DNA of 29,086 nt, from the IMG/VR virus record IMGVR_UViG_3300020185_000192, positions 1 to 29,086 of that record, one strand, 5' to 3'. Source of the stretch: a virus (lineage: Duplodnaviria; Caudoviricetes). Both the position numbers and the translations under genes were made by a program. The first letter of the stretch is position 1, and each line of letters opens with the position of its first letter. Of the stretch, positions 17,238 to 26,776 are shown one piece after another. The notes under the pieces were generated by a model that was given only the letters and a program-made list of their open reading frames with translations, was not told the origin of the DNA and searched no databases.

Positions 17238-18290
17238 TTAAACGGATATATTCATCTTCAAAATCGGGTGTGATTTGTAATTTTTAATAACAAAGTCGTC
17301 AAAAGTGTAAGAAAAAATATCTTCAGCTTTATTTAACTCTAATGTTGGTAATTCATATGGCGTTAGAGTTAATTGGGATTTTAAAGTGTCAATATGATTA
17401 TTATATATGTGGACGTTTGTGAGGTCACCAACCAACATATGTGGGACCATATTAACTTGCTGTGCAATCATATGGAGTAGGAATCCATATGATGATATAT
17501 TAAAAGGTAAACCAAGTCCAGAATCTACACTTCGTTGATGCCATTTAAGTGAAAGTCTTCTTTTTGGAATATCTTTCTTATCACACCATTTAGAATAATC
17601 TTCTTCCGAAAGATGGGCTGTTTTTGTTGTTAATTCTAACTCTATTGCGATATCAATTCGTTCTCTGAGTGTCAATTCCTCTGTATACAATTCAAAAGCC
17701 CAGTGACAAGGTGGTAACGCCATCTCATCAATCTCACCAACATTCCAAGCACTAACAATAATCCTTCTTGAATCGGGGTTGTTGTTTAATGTGTCAATAG
17801 CGTTTTGGATTTGATTAATACCCTTATTTAAACCCTCAACCTCTTTACCAGAAATTATCTCATAACCACCCCAATTAACCCATTGTTTTCCATAAACAGG
17901 ACCTAACTCACCATACATTTCAGCAAACTTATCATTATTAATAATCATCTCTTTGAATTCATCCATTGATAATACTTCATCACCTAAATATTCCATCTGT
18001 TTCTTATATTCTCTATAAGCGTCTGGAGTCCATATGTTGACTCCGTTACGTACAAGGTATTGAATATTGGTATCACCATTAAGGAACCAAAGTAATTCAT
18101 GAATAATCCCACGAACATACATCTTCTTTGTTGTTAGAAGTGGAAACCCTTGAGCCATATCAATCTCAAGTGTATGTGAAAAAGTGGAAATAGTACCAGT
18201 TCCAGTTCTATCTCCTTTCTCTTTACCCTTATCAATTATCTTAAGTAATAATTCTTGGTATTGTCGGTCAACATTATAAAGTAAATTCAT
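17238..18290 (-). CDS. thyA: Thymidylate synthase
   Basis: DRTGTGT, FPLLTTKK, ELLWFL, LGPVYGKQW, DSRRIIVSAWN, MALPPCH (catalytic Cys), QRSVD.GLGLPFN, HIYNNH. Confidence 0.97.
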   Translation of the reverse strand: MNLLYNVDRQYQELLLKIIDKGKEKGDRTGTGTISTFSHTLEIDMAQGFPLLTTKKMYVRGIIHELLWFLNGDTNIQYLVRNGVNIWTPDAYREYKKQMEYLGDEVLSMDEFKEMIINNDKFAEMYGELGPVYGKQWVNWGGYEIISGKEVEGLNKGINQIQNAIDTLNNNPDSRRIIVSAWNVGEIDEMALPPCHWAFELYTEELTLRERIDIAIELELTTKTAHLSEEDYSKWCDKKDIPKRRLSLKWHQRSVDSGLGLPFNISSYGFLLHMIAQQVNMVPHMLVGDLTNVHIYNNHIDTLKSQLTLTPYELPTLELNKAEDIFSYTFDDFVIKNYKSHPILKMNISV

Positions 18291-18721
18291 TATACTGTTA
18301 CCATTTGGTTATAAACTGAAAGCATACTAGTCAATCTACCAACCCTAGTGGTATCTAATTTAGATGTATCTCTAAAATGTTCCACCATTTCCTCCATAAG
18401 TTTAGAGATACCTAGTTCCATAGCTGAAGTTTCACTGCCCTTAATAGCCTTAATCTTTTTAATGACAACATCAACATCAACGTTATCATGTTTTAGAAAC
18501 GCATAAGACTTAAGGTTTGAATTAAGAATCTTACCTTGACTATCAGCGGTCTCAAATCTCATGTAATCAGTTTCCGACACATTTTGATAAGTATAACTAC
18601 CACCATGTTTGAATATGATATTTAAATCTTTATTATTTTTGTTATATGTTGATGCAACAATATTTGATGATTCATAAATTGCTTTTACTAATTTATCTTT
18701 TTCTACTCTTTCTAAAATCAT
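18290..18721 (-). CDS. KTSC domain protein
   Basis: ESSNI...Y...L.IIFKHGGSYTYQNV...Y..F..ADSQGK..N KTSC pattern. Confidence 0.8.
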   Translation of the reverse strand: MILERVEKDKLVKAIYESSNIVASTYNKNNKDLNIIFKHGGSYTYQNVSETDYMRFETADSQGKILNSNLKSYAFLKHDNVDVDVVIKKIKAIKGSETSAMELGISKLMEEMVEHFRDTSKLDTTRVGRLTSMLSVYNQMVTV

Positions 18722-18744
18722 AATTTATATTTTATCTGTTATTA

Positions 18745-18966
18745 TTAAAGTGCGTGTGTTTTATATTTTTCTATTTCAGTAAGGTTATATATTGTTCCAG
18801 TACTACTTGTTGTGGTTTCCACAACATTATCCCCATCTTCAACTATAATAATATAATTACCAGTAAACATCATAATACAATCATGATGCTCAATTTTTTT
18901 ACGACTATCACCATCCTTAACAATTAAGTCAATTCTATTGAATTTTGTATCTCTCTTTATATCCAC
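18745..18966 (-). CDS. Hypothetical protein (73 aa)
   Basis: Start reassigned to the GTG at 18966, downstream of the promoter at 18992-19023. Confidence 0.6.
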   Translation of the reverse strand: MDIKRDTKFNRIDLIVKDGDSRKKIEHHDCIMMFTGNYIIIVEDGDNVVETTTSSTGTIYNLTEIEKYKTHAL

Positions 18967-18991
18967 ATTTTTATTTATTATATAATAAATG

Positions 18992-19023
18992 CAAATATAC
19001 AACATATTTATTAATAAATCAAG
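18992..19023 (-). promoter_or_regulatory. Bacteroidota-type primary sigma promoter (-33 TTG, -7 TATATTTG)
   Basis: Minus strand CTTG-N20-TATATTTG. Confidence 0.75.
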
Positions 19024-19024
19024 G

Positions 19025-19056
19025 GTTGATTTTTAAATAATAAAGGTGTATGTTTG
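19025..19056 (+). promoter_or_regulatory. Bacteroidota-type promoter for clpC (divergent from the preceding promoter)
   Basis: GTTG-N20-TATGTTTG, 19 nt upstream of the ATG. Confidence 0.75.
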
Positions 19057-19075
19057 TTGAAATAAACGTTATATA

Positions 19076-21646
19076 ATGGATAAAAATAGAGAAATAGTAC
19101 CAAAGGTAAAATACATAATGAATAAGTCTCAAGAAGAGGCTAAACATTATGGAGATAACTATGTTAGACAAGAACATATATTATTATCAATTATTAATGA
19201 CAATACTAATAGGTGTCATAGAATACTTAAAGGAATGAAAGTAGATGTTAATGATTTATACGACAAAATTACTGAATATATTAGGTATCGTCAATTAAAT
19301 ATAGGTTCTGAAAATAAAAAAAGATTAAAATTACCCTTTAGTAGTGAGGTTAAAAAAACACTAAAGAAAATTGATTCAGAAGCTGAAAAGCTAAATGACC
19401 ATTTTATTGATACAACACATATAATGTTATCAACGTTAACTTATGTTAAGTTAGATTTGGTTAAATTATTAAATAATGAAGGAATAAACTATGATAATTT
19501 TAAAGAGCAGATTATGAAAAACAACAAGAATGAGGATAATTATTCACTAGAAGAAGAGTCAATAGATATTGAAAGGACGAGAGCTAGGATTGAAGAGGTT
19601 AGAAGTGAGTTAGATGATGAAGATGAATTCACCATGGGTGGAAGAGGTGGAAATGGTAAATTTGAAAAGAAAAGTAACAAAAAGGTTAGTTCTAAAACAC
19701 CAGTATTAGATAACTTCTGTAGAGATATATCTAAATCAGCTGAAGATGGAATACTTGACCCAGTTGTTGGTAGAGCCACAGAAATTAAAAGAGTGTCTCA
19801 AATTATTGCTAGAAGAAAAAAGAATAACCCAGTTCTTATCGGTGAGCCAGGTGTTGGTAAAACTGCAATAGTTGAAGGTCTTGCTATGTTAATTAAAGAA
19901 GGTAAAGCACCTAGAATTATTCTTGATAAACGAATTTACTCATTAGATTTATCTTCGATAGTTGCTGGTACAAAATACCGAGGACAATTTGAAGAAAGAA
20001 TGAAAGCTATATTAGATGAACTTAGAAATAACCCAAATGTAATACTTTTTATTGATGAGTTACATACGATTGTAGGTGCTGGTAATGCATCTGGGTCAAT
20101 GGATGCTGCTAATATATTTAAACCAGCATTAGCTAGAGGTGAAATACAAGTAATTGGTGCTACAACCCTTGATGAATTTAGAGAAAAAATTGAATCTGAT
20201 GGTGCCCTCACAAGAAGATTCCAACAAGTATTGATAGAGGAACCAAGTATTTCAGAAACTAAAACAATCCTTATGAATATCAAGGAAAAGTATGAAGACC
20301 ACCACAAAGTAATCTATACTGAAGAAGCTATAGAAGAATGTGTAAAGTTATCTGATAGATATATTATGGATAGGTCAATGCCAGATAAAGCAATTGATGT
20401 TCTTGATGAGGCTGGTGCAACAACCAACGTAAATCATGAAGCTCCAGAAAGTATTAAAAAATTAGAACATGCTTTAATAAAAATCAATGAAGATAAGAAG
20501 ATTGTTGTTCAGAAACAAAAATACGAAGAAGCGGCAAAACTTAGAGATGAAGAAAGAAAAATAGTCGAAAAATTAGACACTGAAAAATCAGATTGGCTTG
20601 AATCTCTTGATAAAAAGAGGACAATAGTTGATGTTGAGTTGGTTGCTGAAGTTGTTTCAATGATGTCTGGTATTCCTCTTAATAAAATTTCCTCACAAGA
20701 AACTAAGAGACTTATGAATATGGATAAGGAACTTACGGGTAAAGTGATTGGTCAAGATGAAGCTGTTGTAAAAGTAGTTAAAGCTATTAAACGTAATAGA
20801 CTCGGAATTAAAGATAAGGGTAAACCAATTGGTTCATTTATTTTCTTAGGACCTACTGGTGTTGGTAAAACTTATTTAACTAAATTACTTGCAGAAAGTA
20901 TGTTTGGTGATGCCGAATCACTTGTTAGAATAGATATGTCAGAATACATGGAGAAACATTCCGTATCAAGACTTATTGGCCCACCACCAGGATATGTTGG
21001 TTATGAAGAAGGTGGACAATTAACAGAAAAGATAAGAAGAAAACCTTATTCAGTTATTCTTTTTGATGAAATTGAAAAAGCACATGACGATGTATTTAAC
21101 CTATTACTTCAATTACTTGATGAAGGTCAATTAACTGATGGGTTAGGTAGAAAGGTAAACTTTAAGAATACCCTTATTATTCTTACATCTAATGTTGGTG
21201 TTAAAGAATTAAGTAGTTTCGGTAAAGATATGGGATTCAATACGGGTGCTGCAATTGTTAATGAAGAAGAAAAATCTCGTTCGATTATAGAAAAAGCCCT
21301 TAAGAAGAAGTTTAAACCAGAATTTCTTAATCGTATTGATGATACAATCATCTTTAATGGACTTAAAAGAGATGACATACATGTTATCATCCATAATGAG
21401 TTAGATAAGCTTAAAAGTAGAGTTATTGATGAATTAGGAATTACCCTAAAAATTAATAAGGCTGCTATTGAATATGTTGCTGACCAAGGTTATGACCCAG
21501 AATTTGGAGCAAGACCACTTAATAGGTCAATTCAAAGACATATCGAAGACCCAGTAGCTGATGAGATTTTAAATGGTAATTTTGTTGAAGGTGACACAAT
21601 TAAAATTGGTTACGACAAGAAGGAATCTAAAATCGTGTTAAGTTAA
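19076..21646 (+). CDS. clpC: ATP-dependent Clp protease ATPase subunit, ClpC type
   Basis: Clp-N repeats (EHILLSI), AAA1 GEPGVGKT / FIDELH, UVR-like middle domain ([13 protein letters not shown]), AAA2 GPTGVGKT / [11 protein letters not shown] ClpP-docking loop, GARPL. Confidence 0.95.
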   Translation: MDKNREIVPKVKYIMNKSQEEAKHYGDNYVRQEHILLSIINDNTNRCHRILKGMKVDVNDLYDKITEYIRYRQLNIGSENKKRLKLPFSSEVKKTLKKIDSEAEKLNDHFIDTTHIMLSTLTYVKLDLVKLLNNEGINYDNFKEQIMKNNKNEDNYSLEEESIDIERTRARIEEVRSELDDEDEFTMGGRGGNGKFEKKSNKKVSSKTPVLDNFCRDISKSAEDGILDPVVGRATEIKRVSQIIARRKKNNPVLIGEPGVGKTAIVEGLAMLIKEGKAPRIILDKRIYSLDLSSIVAGTKYRGQFEERMKAILDELRNNPNVILFIDELHTIVGAGNASGSMDAANIFKPALARGEIQVIGATTLDEFREKIESDGALTRRFQQVLIEEPSISETKTILMNIKEKYEDHHKVIYTEEAIEECVKLSDRYIMDRSMPDKAIDVLDEAGATTNVNHEAPESIKKLEHALIKINEDKKIVVQKQKYEEAAKLRDEERKIVEKLDTEKSDWLESLDKKRTIVDVELVAEVVSMMSGIPLNKISSQETKRLMNMDKELTGKVIGQDEAVVKVVKAIKRNRLGIKDKGKPIGSFIFLGPTGVGKTYLTKLLAESMFGDAESLVRIDMSEYMEKHSVSRLIGPPPGYVGYEEGGQLTEKIRRKPYSVILFDEIEKAHDDVFNLLLQLLDEGQLTDGLGRKVNFKNTLIILTSNVGVKELSSFGKDMGFNTGAAIVNEEEKSRSIIEKALKKKFKPEFLNRIDDTIIFNGLKRDDIHVIIHNELDKLKSRVIDELGITLKINKAAIEYVADQGYDPEFGARPLNRSIQRHIEDPVADEILNGNFVEGDTIKIGYDKKESKIVLS

Positions 21647-21671
21647 CCTAAATGGAAATAATATATAAATT

Positions 21672-21695
21672 AAGCGGAAATTTTCCGCTTTTTTT
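21672..21695 (+). terminator. Intrinsic terminator after clpC
   Basis: AAGCGGAA-ATT-TTCCGCTT-TTTTT. Confidence 0.8.
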
Positions 21696-21697
21696 AT

Positions 21698-21705
21698 ATA
21701 TTTAT
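21698..21705 (+). promoter_or_regulatory. ATATTTAT putative late promoter (plus-strand copy)
   Basis: Motif orientation follows the gene strand, 17 nt upstream of the ATG at 21723. Confidence 0.7.
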
Positions 21706-21722
21706 CTTATATAAAGTAAATC

Positions 21723-22967
21723 ATGATAGAAGATATATTATTATCAAAGTACGGTGAACACATAAATGGAATAGATATTTATGAAAAGGAATCCAGTCTT
21801 ATACTATCCAAGATTGTTGTCAATGATGACTCAAAAGAAGAAGGTTATGGTACTAAAATTATGACTGACTTAATTAACTACGCTGATAAGAATAATAAAA
21901 TTATAGCATTAACACCATCGGCTGATTATGGTGGTAATAAAAATAGACTTAACAGGTTCTACCATAGATTCAACTTTAAACCCAACAAGGGTAAAAACAA
22001 GAATTTTGAGTTCCGTGAAGCGATGATAAGGTATCCAGAATCTGATGTGATTAAGGAAGGTAAAATTAATGACATCCTTAAAGATAAAGTATTTGATAGA
22101 CAAAAGTTTATTCAAAATATAAAGAATGGTAGTTCTCAAACTAAAGAAGCTTATAAATTACTTCATGGTAGTATTGTTAATAATGTCGATTTAAGTGATG
22201 ATGAAAAAGACTTCATTAATAATAATTTAAAAAATATATTTACAGCGTTAGGTTATGGTGCATTATTTATGGTACCAGGTGGATTAACACTTATAGGGTT
22301 AACTAAAATATTAACACCAATATTTAAAAAGAAATCGGTTATGAATGAACAGGATAAATTAAATGGTGGTCTTGCTGATAACAAAAGTAAGAAAGACATA
22401 GCTAATAAGTTTGGTATTACAGTTGCTAAGATTAACAAAGAACTTAAGATGGGTGAAGACGTTGAAATGGAACATGTAACCAATAGAACGTTATCTAGAG
22501 AGATAGCTATGGACCACCTAGTTGAAATTCCAGATTATTATACTAGACTTAAGAAGATGGAGAAAGAAGGTGATAAGTACTGGAAAGATAAAACAAAAAA
22601 ACTTAATGAATCAATAAGAGATTTTATTAAAAGAAGAATTAAAGAAAATATAACCCTATCGTTAATGGATGAAACTCCAGTGACCACAGCATTTAATATT
22701 ATGCACAAGGAAAATGTTGTTGGTCAGATAGAAGTTGGGAAATTCAACAAAAAACTTAATGATGATGATTTAGAGATTGTTCTAATAAAAATTGAAGAGC
22801 AATTTAGAGGTGTTAAATTAGGTGCTGAAACAATCAAAGCATTATGGGTTCAATTTCCAGATATAAATAGATTCATCCTTATGCCAACTCAAGAAAGTAA
22901 AGACTTTTGGGAAAGGATTGGAGCAGTAATACTTAATGATACGTATTACATGATTAATAGAAGTTAA
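21723..22967 (+). CDS. Multidomain protein: GNAT-like, helical/hydrophobic unit, DUF5661-like unit, second GNAT-like
   Basis: GNAT 1 IVV...KEEGYGTKIM...RLNRFYHRFNF; MGEDVEMEH...AMDHLVEIPDYYTRL unit; GNAT 2 IKIEEQFRGVKLGAETI...SKDFWERIG. Confidence 0.75.
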   Translation: MIEDILLSKYGEHINGIDIYEKESSLILSKIVVNDDSKEEGYGTKIMTDLINYADKNNKIIALTPSADYGGNKNRLNRFYHRFNFKPNKGKNKNFEFREAMIRYPESDVIKEGKINDILKDKVFDRQKFIQNIKNGSSQTKEAYKLLHGSIVNNVDLSDDEKDFINNNLKNIFTALGYGALFMVPGGLTLIGLTKILTPIFKKKSVMNEQDKLNGGLADNKSKKDIANKFGITVAKINKELKMGEDVEMEHVTNRTLSREIAMDHLVEIPDYYTRLKKMEKEGDKYWKDKTKKLNESIRDFIKRRIKENITLSLMDETPVTTAFNIMHKENVVGQIEVGKFNKKLNDDDLEIVLIKIEEQFRGVKLGAETIKALWVQFPDINRFILMPTQESKDFWERIGAVILNDTYYMINRS

Positions 22968-23704
22968 AGACCAACCTTACTTAATCTATCTTTAATACCC
23001 CTTATATATTTATGTTTTATTTTTAAACCACCAGAGTTTACGTACTTATTTAAACCACCAGACCCAGCATTATAGGTAATCAACGCATCAATTATTGGTT
23101 TTGTCTTTAATTTTGAACTCATAATCTTACCCCACATAGCCATATTGTTATTCTCATCCATTAACCAAACCTTAGTCATGTTAATCTTTTTTGTTTTACT
23201 ATATATTTTACTATAAGCAAAAGAAAAATCAGTAACACCCAATTCTCTAAAACACTCTTTATCTTCCTTACTAACTTTCTTTATCATATAACCATAAGCA
23301 GTTGATGGAAGTATTTGAGTAAACCCAATTGCGCCAGCACTACTAACAACTAACCTACCCTCTTTTGGGTGTGTTGGTTGGTAATACTGTTTAGCACCAG
23401 ACTCTAATAGAATTTGACCTATGGACCACCTAACCGTTTCTTTATCGTTAAGTCCAAAACAATTAACAACGTCAGCGAATCTTAACGCAGTAACACTGTC
23501 CACATACGGGTTATACTTTTTAAAGGAGTTATAAATAATAAGGAAATTATCTGGTAGATAGTTTTCTTCAACACAAATTGAATTAACCTCAACTGGTTGA
23601 CTTAATTTTACTTTAATACGAGTTTTTTGGGGTGGGACCTTAACTGATGATAAAAAACTTACAGCGAATAATAGTCCAATTAGGTTTAATAGTTTATTTT
23701 TCAT
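22964..23704 (-). CDS. Lytic transglycosylase (SLT-like) with N-terminal signal peptide/anchor
   Basis: QILLESG catalytic Glu motif, SSAGAIGFTQILPSTA, ALITYNAG; MKNKLLNLIGLLFAVSFLSS; start reassigned to 23704. Confidence 0.85.
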   Translation of the reverse strand: MKNKLLNLIGLLFAVSFLSSVKVPPQKTRIKVKLSQPVEVNSICVEENYLPDNFLIIYNSFKKYNPYVDSVTALRFADVVNCFGLNDKETVRWSIGQILLESGAKQYYQPTHPKEGRLVVSSAGAIGFTQILPSTAYGYMIKKVSKEDKECFRELGVTDFSFAYSKIYSKTKKINMTKVWLMDENNNMAMWGKIMSSKLKTKPIIDALITYNAGSGGLNKYVNSGGLKIKHKYIRGIKDRLSKVGL

Positions 23705-23708
23705 GGTA

Positions 23709-23740
23709 CAAATATACACATAAAAATCCAGTAAACCAAA
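23709..23740 (-). promoter_or_regulatory. Bacteroidota-type promoter for the transglycosylase
   Basis: Minus strand TTTG-N20-TATATTTG, 4 nt before the ATG. Confidence 0.8.
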
Positions 23741-23748
23741 TTTTTTGG

Positions 23749-23787
23749 AAAAAAAAAGCTGAGAACTACATTCTAATCCTTCAGCTT
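23749..23787 (-). terminator. Intrinsic terminator
   Basis: Minus strand AAGCTGA...TCAGCTT followed by a T tract. Confidence 0.65.
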
Positions 23788-23805
23788 AATATTTTTAATA
23801 TATAA

Positions 23806-24009
23806 TTACTTCTTAGATTCAGAAAGCATTTTAATCTTCTTCTCTAAATCAGCAACTTTACTTTCAAGAACAGTCGCTTTCTTCTTTGCTTGTTCAGCAA
23901 TCCACGATTTTTTCTTTTCAGTTACAGCTTCATTAACGATATTATCGATTAAATCAACTAATTCGTTTTCGGTAATCTTAACAGTCTTTTTAGTCTTAGT
24001 ATTTGACAT
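23806..24009 (-). CDS. Small coiled-coil protein (67 aa), putative virion-internal protein
   Basis: KKTVKITENEL...IVNE...MLSES; ATATTTAT at 24049-24056. Confidence 0.7.
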   Translation of the reverse strand: MSNTKTKKTVKITENELVDLIDNIVNEAVTEKKKSWIAEQAKKKATVLESKVADLEKKIKMLSESKK

Positions 24010-24092
24010 AATTCTAGAATTTTTTAAATATTTTTATTCACTCTTTTAATAAATATCTATAAATACCATAAAAAGTCAAAATAAATTAAAAT

Positions 24093-24239
24093 TTAATCAA
24101 TAAAAACAATACTATAAATTATTAATAGAGCCTCCCTACGTAAATTTTTAATAATTGAAAATGCTCTAATAGCGTCTTCCATTGAGCTTGCTTCTATTTT
24201 ACTTATTGCCTCACCATCTTTAGTTACTAATTTATACAT
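24093..24239 (-). CDS. Small protein (48 aa) not in the ORF track
   Basis: MYKLVTKDGEAISKIEASSMEDAIRAFSIIKNLRREALLIIYSIVFID*; ATATTTAT at 24244-24251 directly upstream; fills the intergenic gap. Confidence 0.65.
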   Translation of the reverse strand: MYKLVTKDGEAISKIEASSMEDAIRAFSIIKNLRREALLIIYSIVFID

Positions 24240-24300
24240 ACTAATAAATATATTTATATACCTTAAAAGTTAAATACCTATAAGGTTATTTGTTATTTTA

Positions 24301-24834
24301 TTACATTCTACTCATCCTATCCGCAGTTGATGAACTAGCGAATGAGTTCGGTTTTACTTTGAAATCATAACCCATACCAAGAATGTAACCAACAGCGTCA
24401 GAAAGAGCCTTATTGGACTCCCACTTAATATCTGGATTTATATCAGCGTGAACTTCTAATGGAACATTATATTCATCTAAGAGTGGTGATATTTCATATG
24501 CAACCTCAATAGATTTAGCTACTTCATAAAGCATTCTTTCTTTAACCCCCTCTTTATTATTTGTGTGATTAGTGTTAAAATAATTAGAGCCAATTACAAT
24601 ACCACCCCTACCAACAGTAGTCCCCCCACCAAGGTCTTGGTGTGTAGATATTACTATTACGGTAGCAAATTTATAACCCATACCACTTCTTTGTGAATCG
24701 GTCCCAACACATACTTTAAATTCGTAACCCTTTTCAGTTTCTTCTTTAAATATTTTTCTTAAATAATCGAATAACGGCATCCCTATTGGTCCTTTCGTCA
24801 TTCTGTTCCACTTCATTTTTACTTTTTTTTTCAT
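24301..24834 (-). CDS. RNase H-like YkuK (DUF458) family protein
   Basis: VCVGTDSQ, FATVIVI, ERMLYEVAKSIEVA, LEVHADIN, KP.SFASS..AD pattern. Confidence 0.8.
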   Translation of the reverse strand: MKKKVKMKWNRMTKGPIGMPLFDYLRKIFKEETEKGYEFKVCVGTDSQRSGMGYKFATVIVISTHQDLGGGTTVGRGGIVIGSNYFNTNHTNNKEGVKERMLYEVAKSIEVAYEISPLLDEYNVPLEVHADINPDIKWESNKALSDAVGYILGMGYDFKVKPNSFASSSTADRMSRM

Positions 24835-24835
24835 A

Positions 24836-26269
24836 TTACATCTTTACTGATGGTAATAATCTTTTTAATTTACGATAATTATCCTCTCCTATTTCTTTAC
24901 GATTAGCAACCATTCTATGTAGGCACCCACCATTTGTTTTATCAAGATATTTAATCTCATCTGGAATGTCTTTTATTTTATTCCCTTTAATATTAAGCAT
25001 TATTAGGTTTTTAAGTTTACCAATCTCTTTTGGTAATGAAGTTAATTTATTATCTGGTAATAATAATTCCTGTAACGTACCCAATGAACCAATAGATGGA
25101 TGAAGCTCAGTTAATTTAGCCCCATTAATTATAAGTGTATTAAGTTGATTAAATCTTGAGATGTCTGGTAACTTGGGTACATCTCTATTACTAAACCTAA
25201 TTATAGGTGTGTAGACTTCAATTATATCAAATAAAGCTTCAGTCCACCCAAACTTAATTAAATAGTCAATGTATAAATTATTCGTTATGTCTTTACTAGC
25301 CTTAGCCATTGTTGTTAACTCTTCATTAAAGAAATTTGCAATGCCTTCACTTTTTAATATAACATCACCGAAAAAAGTACCACTACCCTTTCCGTTTTGT
25401 TTTCTATTCTTTAGTTGTGAGGTCTCAAAATGTATTTGATATAAATAATTATCCTCCAGCTCACCTTCAAAAAACCTATTATCAATTATAATATAAATAT
25501 CAGATAATTTACCGTTAGGTTTTTTATTATTCTTTGTGTAGTTATCAAACATACCATTACCTGGGTTACACGTACACCAATTAGCAAACTTACTAAAGAT
25601 TACGTTAGCGTCTCTAGACTTAGGCATATACAACGTAAACCTCCTATCCCTAACTGGGATTTCAGCTTGACCAGCATCAACATATCTCTGCATAAGCTTC
25701 TCCATTTCTGAAGGGTCCCTATCAATGAATGGGTCAACCGCATCATATAATTGAGAAAGAGACTTATATTGATTTATGTTAGTTGGGTCTTTAACATTTC
25801 TAAGAGTAAAACTACTAACACAAAGTTCTTTAAACTTCTTCTTCCTCTTATTAGTTTCGAATAGTTCTAGATATTCTTTAGCTAATGGTAAATCTTCTTC
25901 AGCAAACCTTAGTGAGGCATCAAATTTCTTTTCTTTTAAGAGTCTATAGAATGTAGTAAGCATCCATTGGGTGTATTGTTTATTAGTTGTTAAATCAGAA
26001 TCCACCATTGCTTTAAATATAACATATGAGATACTAATCTTTGACTTAACCCTTACATATTCGCCATACTCTTCATTAATTCCACTAGTTTCTGTGTTAG
26101 AGATAAGTGCGATAACGTTATCATTGTTACCCATGATTGGAATCACAATAGTAACGCCAGATTCAGTTAGTTCATCAGTTTTTATTTTTACACCCTTTTC
26201 ATCAGATTCAAAAACATCAAATTTCTCAGCTAAGAACTCAAGCCTATCTGCCACATCAACTTTACCCAT
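24836..26269 (-). CDS. Phage protein with C-terminal leucine-rich repeats
   Basis: Central INQYKSL...NWCT...YQIHFE domain; LRRs LTELHPSIGSLGTLQELLLPDNKLTSLPKEIGKLKNLIMLNIKGNKIKDIPDEI. Confidence 0.8.
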   Translation of the reverse strand: MGKVDVADRLEFLAEKFDVFESDEKGVKIKTDELTESGVTIVIPIMGNNDNVIALISNTETSGINEEYGEYVRVKSKISISYVIFKAMVDSDLTTNKQYTQWMLTTFYRLLKEKKFDASLRFAEEDLPLAKEYLELFETNKRKKKFKELCVSSFTLRNVKDPTNINQYKSLSQLYDAVDPFIDRDPSEMEKLMQRYVDAGQAEIPVRDRRFTLYMPKSRDANVIFSKFANWCTCNPGNGMFDNYTKNNKKPNGKLSDIYIIIDNRFFEGELEDNYLYQIHFETSQLKNRKQNGKGSGTFFGDVILKSEGIANFFNEELTTMAKASKDITNNLYIDYLIKFGWTEALFDIIEVYTPIIRFSNRDVPKLPDISRFNQLNTLIINGAKLTELHPSIGSLGTLQELLLPDNKLTSLPKEIGKLKNLIMLNIKGNKIKDIPDEIKYLDKTNGGCLHRMVANRKEIGEDNYRKLKRLLPSVKM

Positions 26270-26284
26270 TAAATTAATTTTACG

Positions 26285-26315
26285 TAAATATACTTAACTT
26301 TTAACTAATAATCAA
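26285..26315 (-). promoter_or_regulatory. Hybrid promoter TTG-N20-TATATTTA upstream of the LRR gene
   Basis: Host-type -33 element and spacing, -7 element ending in A rather than G. Confidence 0.5.
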
Positions 26316-26647
26316 TAAAATTGGTTATAAAAGTCTTCCTCTATATAATCTTCTATTCTTTTTTTAATGAACCACAATAATCCAGATGTATTACTATCTC
26401 TAGTTATCACATCTAACATAACCTTATTTACACACTCATTATCTGTCAATCTATATTTTATTTCCTCAAATAATTTAACCTTATCTAAGGTAAGTAATTC
26501 TTCCATGATTAAATTATAGCTTTCCCATCTATATATCATTTCTTCATCAAGGTTTCTTAGGGTTTCTTTTAGGTATTTATTATACTCTTTGTCCAAGTCT
26601 GTGTAATGACCAGAACTCCCTTTAATAGTAAAATCAAAGTTTCTCAT
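26312..26647 (-). CDS. Hypothetical protein, paralog of 26777-27097
   Basis: W..YN.I..EL...EIKYRLT..E motif shared with the neighbour; ATATTTAT at 26678-26685. Confidence 0.75.
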   Translation of the reverse strand: MRNFDFTIKGSSGHYTDLDKEYNKYLKETLRNLDEEMIYRWESYNLIMEELLTLDKVKLFEEIKYRLTDNECVNKVMLDVITRDSNTSGLLWFIKKRIEDYIEEDFYNQFY

Positions 26648-26776
26648 TAGTCTAATTTTAGTAATTGTTATATAATGATAAATATCTTAAAATTGGTCAA
26701 TATACCAACGATTATATAACTTTTTTTTGAGATGTGGCTATATTGAATGTATAGGTAATTTTATCTAAAAATAATA

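Noticed and set aside
17238-18290. td-type intron in thymidylate synthase
   Set aside because: ORF is continuous with all motifs; the extra length is in-frame loop insertions
395-26297. Overlapping or antisense ORFs in the track (e.g. 395-583, 399-647, 3351-3608, 3457-3669, 3766-4179, 7168-7623, 8173-8457, 8823-9044, 9298-9486, 14298-14507, 14539-14802, 15487-15855, 16948-17130, 19540-19779, 19936-20307, 21127-21390, 21209-21394, 21909-22139, 22253-22483, 25971-26297)
   Set aside because: Shadows of better-supported genes, with Ser/Leu/Phe-rich or repeat-derived composition and no promoter motif
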